IMG/VR virus record: IMGVR_UViG_3300013121_000023
Coordinates: 113,133-177,132 of that record
Direction: 5' to 3' (one strand)
Length of the DNA stretch: 64,000 nucleotides
Source of the DNA: a virus
Taxonomy: Duplodnaviria > Caudoviricetes
Positions 60,580-64,000 of this stretch are shown here, in pieces (within the stretch, counting starts at the first letter, position 1; every line of letters starts with the position of its first letter). Position numbers and translations under genes: made by a program. The notes below the pieces were generated by a model that was not told where the DNA came from, made no database searches, and was given only the letters and a program-made list of their open reading frames with translations.

Positions 60580-60962
60580 GGCAACTCCTCTTCGATGGAA
60601 ACGACAGCCATTTTTATCGCAACATCTTGCCCTATAAACGAGTCTTTTGCTTCTTTGTACGTCTGTTTCATGGCACGTAGTAGACCGTTTTGGTATACAG
60701 CGTACATGATGATTGAATTAGGGTTATTTTTCTCCAGTTCCTGTGCTTTTATGCAAATTGAACATATATCTTTTTCGCGCCTACGATTATCTGTAGGGAG
60801 CATGTTTTTTGTTGTCCAACCAACTTTCTCAGCAGCTGCCACTGCTTCTGGAAGACTGTTGTGTGGTTGTTGTTTAGCCCCACACGCATCACACACCACC
60901 ATGAACATCTTTATCTCTGTTATCATTTCATCCTCGATTTTCTCATATAACAAATTTTGCAC
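60576..60962 (-). CDS. Zn-finger protein
   Basis: CDACG...GW...ICSIC. Confidence 0.6.
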   Translation of the reverse strand: MQNLLYEKIEDEMITEIKMFMVVCDACGAKQQPHNSLPEAVAAAEKVGWTTKNMLPTDNRRREKDICSICIKAQELEKNNPNSIIMYAVYQNGLLRAMKQTYKEAKDSFIGQDVAIKMAVVSIEEELP

Positions 60963-61663
60963 ATGCCTTTTGCGTAGTGAGGGCGATTCACGTCACCATG
61001 CATTAGACACTTAGTAGGCCTACCCCTAGCACCCCATACTCCTATCTGTCTATTGTCAGTAATGGCTTTTCCATCCGGCCACTCTTTCAAAAATGTAAGT
61101 ATCTTGTCTACTCCAACTGAGTCGAATCCTTTTTTCTTTTTTACCGTTCTTTCTTGTTTGAACATTTTAGGAAATGGTATCAGTTCAACTCCTATCTTTT
61201 TTGCAGCCGCTTCTATTCTTTCGTATGAATAACCAGTTTCTCTACTAAGTTCGCCTACAGTAGTAAGCGAGCAGTCACTGGATTTACAGCCCAGTATTAT
61301 GGCTCTGGCTTTTACTGCGTACCAACTGCGACCGAGCCGCTTTGATAGAACTGTTGTGGACAACAGTCCCCACATAGATCTAAGGAAGCTGTCTTCTTCC
61401 TTTGTCCATGCCAGGTTTCTGCATGGCATGAACGGCGTATACGTTTTTGTACCGTGTCTTTCTTTGTTGCAAGAGACACAGAACTTTCTGTTTTTTGATT
61501 TTGACTGGCGCAAATCGCCGCCACATTCGCATTTGTCTCTACTGTCAGTGCAATCAGGGCAGGCACTAGGCTTGAACCTTATCGGCCCTGTATATCTGAA
61601 CCTATTGTCACATGAGGTACACTTTAGTCTCATTTTTCTTCGAACATCTTTTTGTCCATCCAC
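60923..61663 (-). CDS. Zn-finger/HTH DNA-binding protein
   Basis: Several CxxC, WT.EED.FL, LGRS..AV..RA, HYAKGMC..CY. Confidence 0.65.
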   Translation of the reverse strand: MDGQKDVRRKMRLKCTSCDNRFRYTGPIRFKPSACPDCTDSRDKCECGGDLRQSKSKNRKFCVSCNKERHGTKTYTPFMPCRNLAWTKEEDSFLRSMWGLLSTTVLSKRLGRSWYAVKARAIILGCKSSDCSLTTVGELSRETGYSYERIEAAAKKIGVELIPFPKMFKQERTVKKKKGFDSVGVDKILTFLKEWPDGKAITDNRQIGVWGARGRPTKCLMHGDVNRPHYAKGMCKICYMRKSRMK

Positions 61664-61977
61664 ACTGGCAAGTAGCTGTTATGCACAGGCCAGTGTGCCT
61701 TTACATCTTTCAAAAACGTTTTGAAAGAAGGTTCATTCAAAACTCTTATAACAGGAAGTATCGGGCTATGTAGCAGTACCAGAAGTGTTGCCGCAAAATC
61801 TACCTTAACTTTTGCCACTTCACTACTAACGGGAAAGTCGTTTGTAGTGTCTACATATTCCTCTGCTGCTGCAAATCTTTCTTTAAGCGTTCTGTCCGAT
61901 AGTTTGGCTGACTGAGTTGGTAGTAGCTTTTTTCTTGTTTCCTTTATATAAATCTTGACCAGCCTGTCTCTTGTCAC
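61630..61977 (-). CDS. Hypothetical protein
   Basis: AGGAG RBS. Confidence 0.5.
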   Translation of the reverse strand: MTRDRLVKIYIKETRKKLLPTQSAKLSDRTLKERFAAAEEYVDTTNDFPVSSEVAKVKVDFAATLLVLLHSPILPVIRVLNEPSFKTFLKDVKAHWPVHNSYLPVWMDKKMFEEK

Positions 61978-62030
61978 GGTGGCATCTCCTTTTGCTTGGT
62001 TCTTTTAGCAAGATGTTGTAAGCTACGCCT

Positions 62031-62369
62031 ATGAATAACCGTTACTCTGGTTCTACGCCACCGAGATTGAAAAATGCCGACACCTTGCAGGTGGAAGAGA
62101 TAGACCACGATGGAGCCAAGTTTATAAAGGCTGTCATCGTCGATGCTATCGAGCATACGCCAGCTGATACGGACATACCTGGCGGTGCTACGGATGGTAT
62201 TTTGGTTACCGCTAACTCCACTGTGGTAGTCAAGTTCAGAGAAAGACCCAGCACAGCTGTTTCTCTCTATCTGACAGCTGGTATATGGCATCCAATATCA
62301 GTTATTAGGGTGGTGTCTTCCTCAACAGGCGCGGTAATCATAGGTTGGCAGAGAAAAGCCAAGGTTTAA
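62031..62369 (+). CDS. Small virion-like beta protein
   Basis: G.WHPI.V.RV...TGA motif. Confidence 0.6.
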   Translation: MNNRYSGSTPPRLKNADTLQVEEIDHDGAKFIKAVIVDAIEHTPADTDIPGGATDGILVTANSTVVVKFRERPSTAVSLYLTAGIWHPISVIRVVSSSTGAVIIGWQRKAKV

Positions 62370-62397
62370 TCTGTCATGAGTACCATGAGGTACTCTC

Positions 62398-62679
62398 ATG
62401 AGAAAGCCTACGAAAACCGGTCCTAAGAGGTACGCTTTGGAGCCTATTAACCCACGGTTTCAAAAAATAAAAATAAACGAGTGTAGCGAGGCACCGCCAA
62501 GTGGTGTCGTTAAGTGGTTGGTAACTTATTCAGTACCAAACCATGAACCTGTATTTTTCAATGTAGATGCTCAGACGTACTTCTTTGCAAAAACAGAAGC
62601 CCTTAAAAAGCTATCTGAGAAAGGTGTGTATGAGCCAAAAATGGAATGGTTTTCAGTATCGCAAGTAGCTAAGAAGTAG
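62398..62679 (+). CDS. Hypothetical protein
   Basis: GAGG RBS. Confidence 0.55.
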   Translation: MRKPTKTGPKRYALEPINPRFQKIKINECSEAPPSGVVKWLVTYSVPNHEPVFFNVDAQTYFFAKTEALKKLSEKGVYEPKMEWFSVSQVAKK

Positions 62680-62718
62680 CTAAAGCTAAAAGGAATGAGG
62701 GCGTCAGCCCTCATTCCT
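62677..62718 (-). terminator. Terminator with repeated TTAGCT tail
   Basis: aggaatgaggg/ccctcattcct next to TAGCTAAAGCTAAA. Confidence 0.75.
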
Positions 62719-62728
62719 CAAAACACTG

Positions 62729-63838
62729 TTATATCATTCTTGCAACTTCCCCAAATGGGAAGTTCTTATTATCCAATCCACCGGGTACTACTACCCAGAT
62801 GGTAGGAATGCTTACTTCTTTAGCTTCTGGAAAATCTCCGAAGCCATCTGTCAAATATATTGCTACTACCAATTCATGCTGGTTGTTTTGTTTTGTTTTT
62901 TCGAAGAATGGCACGAATGACGTGCCGCCACCCCCCTCTGGTGCCGGCATCTTCGCCTCTTTGAAAATGTCTTTTGGTCCGTACACATCTGCGTCTGCGT
63001 AGTACAGCTCGCCGATGATATGCGGATATGCACGCAGAATACCGCGTACTTCGCTCATGAACATTGTTAGTGTCTTATCGTCTATTGACCCGCTCGTGTC
63101 TATACATATTGCGGCACGGACGGTTTCTCCGTCCATGTCCTCTATGTATAGCTTGCGGTGAAAGAAGCGGCGGTCGAAGCCAGAGAAGTCGGTTGGAGTG
63201 CGCACTATGAAACGCCAAAGGGCTGACTTCCAGTCTATCTGAGGCCCCGTGACCTCATCGATAAACCTTTTGAATCCCTCTGGTATCGCTGACTTCACCA
63301 TCCTAGAATGCGCCTCTGCTTGTTTTATTGCTGACTGCCAGTACTTCTTGCATTCACTGCTACTGGTTGCTTTCAGTATATCCAATTGCTCTGGGGTTAT
63401 TTTAATGGTGTCTTCGAGCAATTCGTAAACCTCTTCTACCGACAAGTGTTCTATTTTTTGTGCCCTTATTGCGTTGGTGGGGAGTCTCACCCCGGTTACC
63501 TTTGCTATAATGCCGTTGACTACAATGTCGCATGCTATGTTCCACCGATCAGGGCGGTGGTATTCCGGCCTGACTCTGGCCGGATGTAGCAGGGCTGCGT
63601 GCAGTACTTCATGAAGAAATACTGCATCGCGCTCCTCAGTGCTCATTGACTGAAAGAATTTTACATTGAATTTAATGTAACTACCGTTAGTGCAAGCTGT
63701 GGGGACTCCCTCATTGTCCCCGCATGGAATGAATTGTACAAACATTAGCAAGTGTGCGAAGAACGGGCAATGGTCTTTGAGGCGAAGTTTCGCCCCAGTA
63801 ACCATTTTTTGTCCTAGTGCTTTCACCTTGTCTTCCAT
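62729..63838 (-). CDS. DUF2201-type metallopeptidase/VWA protein
   Basis: HEVLH, WNIACD..VN, IDTSGSI, GGGGTSF, YLTDG. Confidence 0.88.
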   Translation of the reverse strand: MEDKVKALGQKMVTGAKLRLKDHCPFFAHLLMFVQFIPCGDNEGVPTACTNGSYIKFNVKFFQSMSTEERDAVFLHEVLHAALLHPARVRPEYHRPDRWNIACDIVVNGIIAKVTGVRLPTNAIRAQKIEHLSVEEVYELLEDTIKITPEQLDILKATSSSECKKYWQSAIKQAEAHSRMVKSAIPEGFKRFIDEVTGPQIDWKSALWRFIVRTPTDFSGFDRRFFHRKLYIEDMDGETVRAAICIDTSGSIDDKTLTMFMSEVRGILRAYPHIIGELYYADADVYGPKDIFKEAKMPAPEGGGGTSFVPFFEKTKQNNQHELVVAIYLTDGFGDFPEAKEVSIPTIWVVVPGGLDNKNFPFGEVARMI

Positions 63839-64000
63839 CTTGTCTCCCATTCTTTCATACGTGAGATTATCCCTGCTTCGCACGGGAGATCTCTGCCCAG
63901 ATTGCAGTGTCAATGTTTGGTATTGCTTTCAGTAGTTCACAAAATTTCCTGAACTCCCCCTTTCTGGTATTAAGGTTTGACTGCAATGTGTTGATGAACA

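Noticed and set aside
1-64000. Genome-wide TAG reassignment suggested by the CUA tRNA
   Set aside because: Long genes have no in-frame TAG and many genes end at TAG.
1-64000. Frameshift errors as the cause of odd ORF tails
   Set aside because: Conserved motifs are complete in frame and the tails consistently begin at TTA.

Overview
This is a segment of a large tailed-phage genome. It holds early accessory genes, a tRNA/ncRNA cluster (about 10.3-13.2 kb plus one gene at 22.3 kb), virion genes, a minus-strand replication/recombination operon (Pol A, primase, DnaB, SSB, RecA, UDG, SF2 helicase), a probable portal and a single-chain beta-beta' RNA polymerase. The main observation is that UUA (TTA) behaves as a termination signal, not as leucine. 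It was absent in frame from the gene bodies I scanned by hand, yet about 23 genes have an in-frame TTA where they should end: in TTATG stop-start overlaps, just before terminators or a tRNA, or next to canonical stops. Possibly related: a PTH2-like peptidyl-tRNA hydrolase, Leu tRNAs (CAA, UAG) with no UAA isoacceptor in the window, several aberrant tRNA-like RNAs, an amber-anticodon tRNA and a roughly 500-nt structured ncRNA. CDS ends are given at the terminal TTA where this applies. All protein calls are from motif recognition, not database searches.
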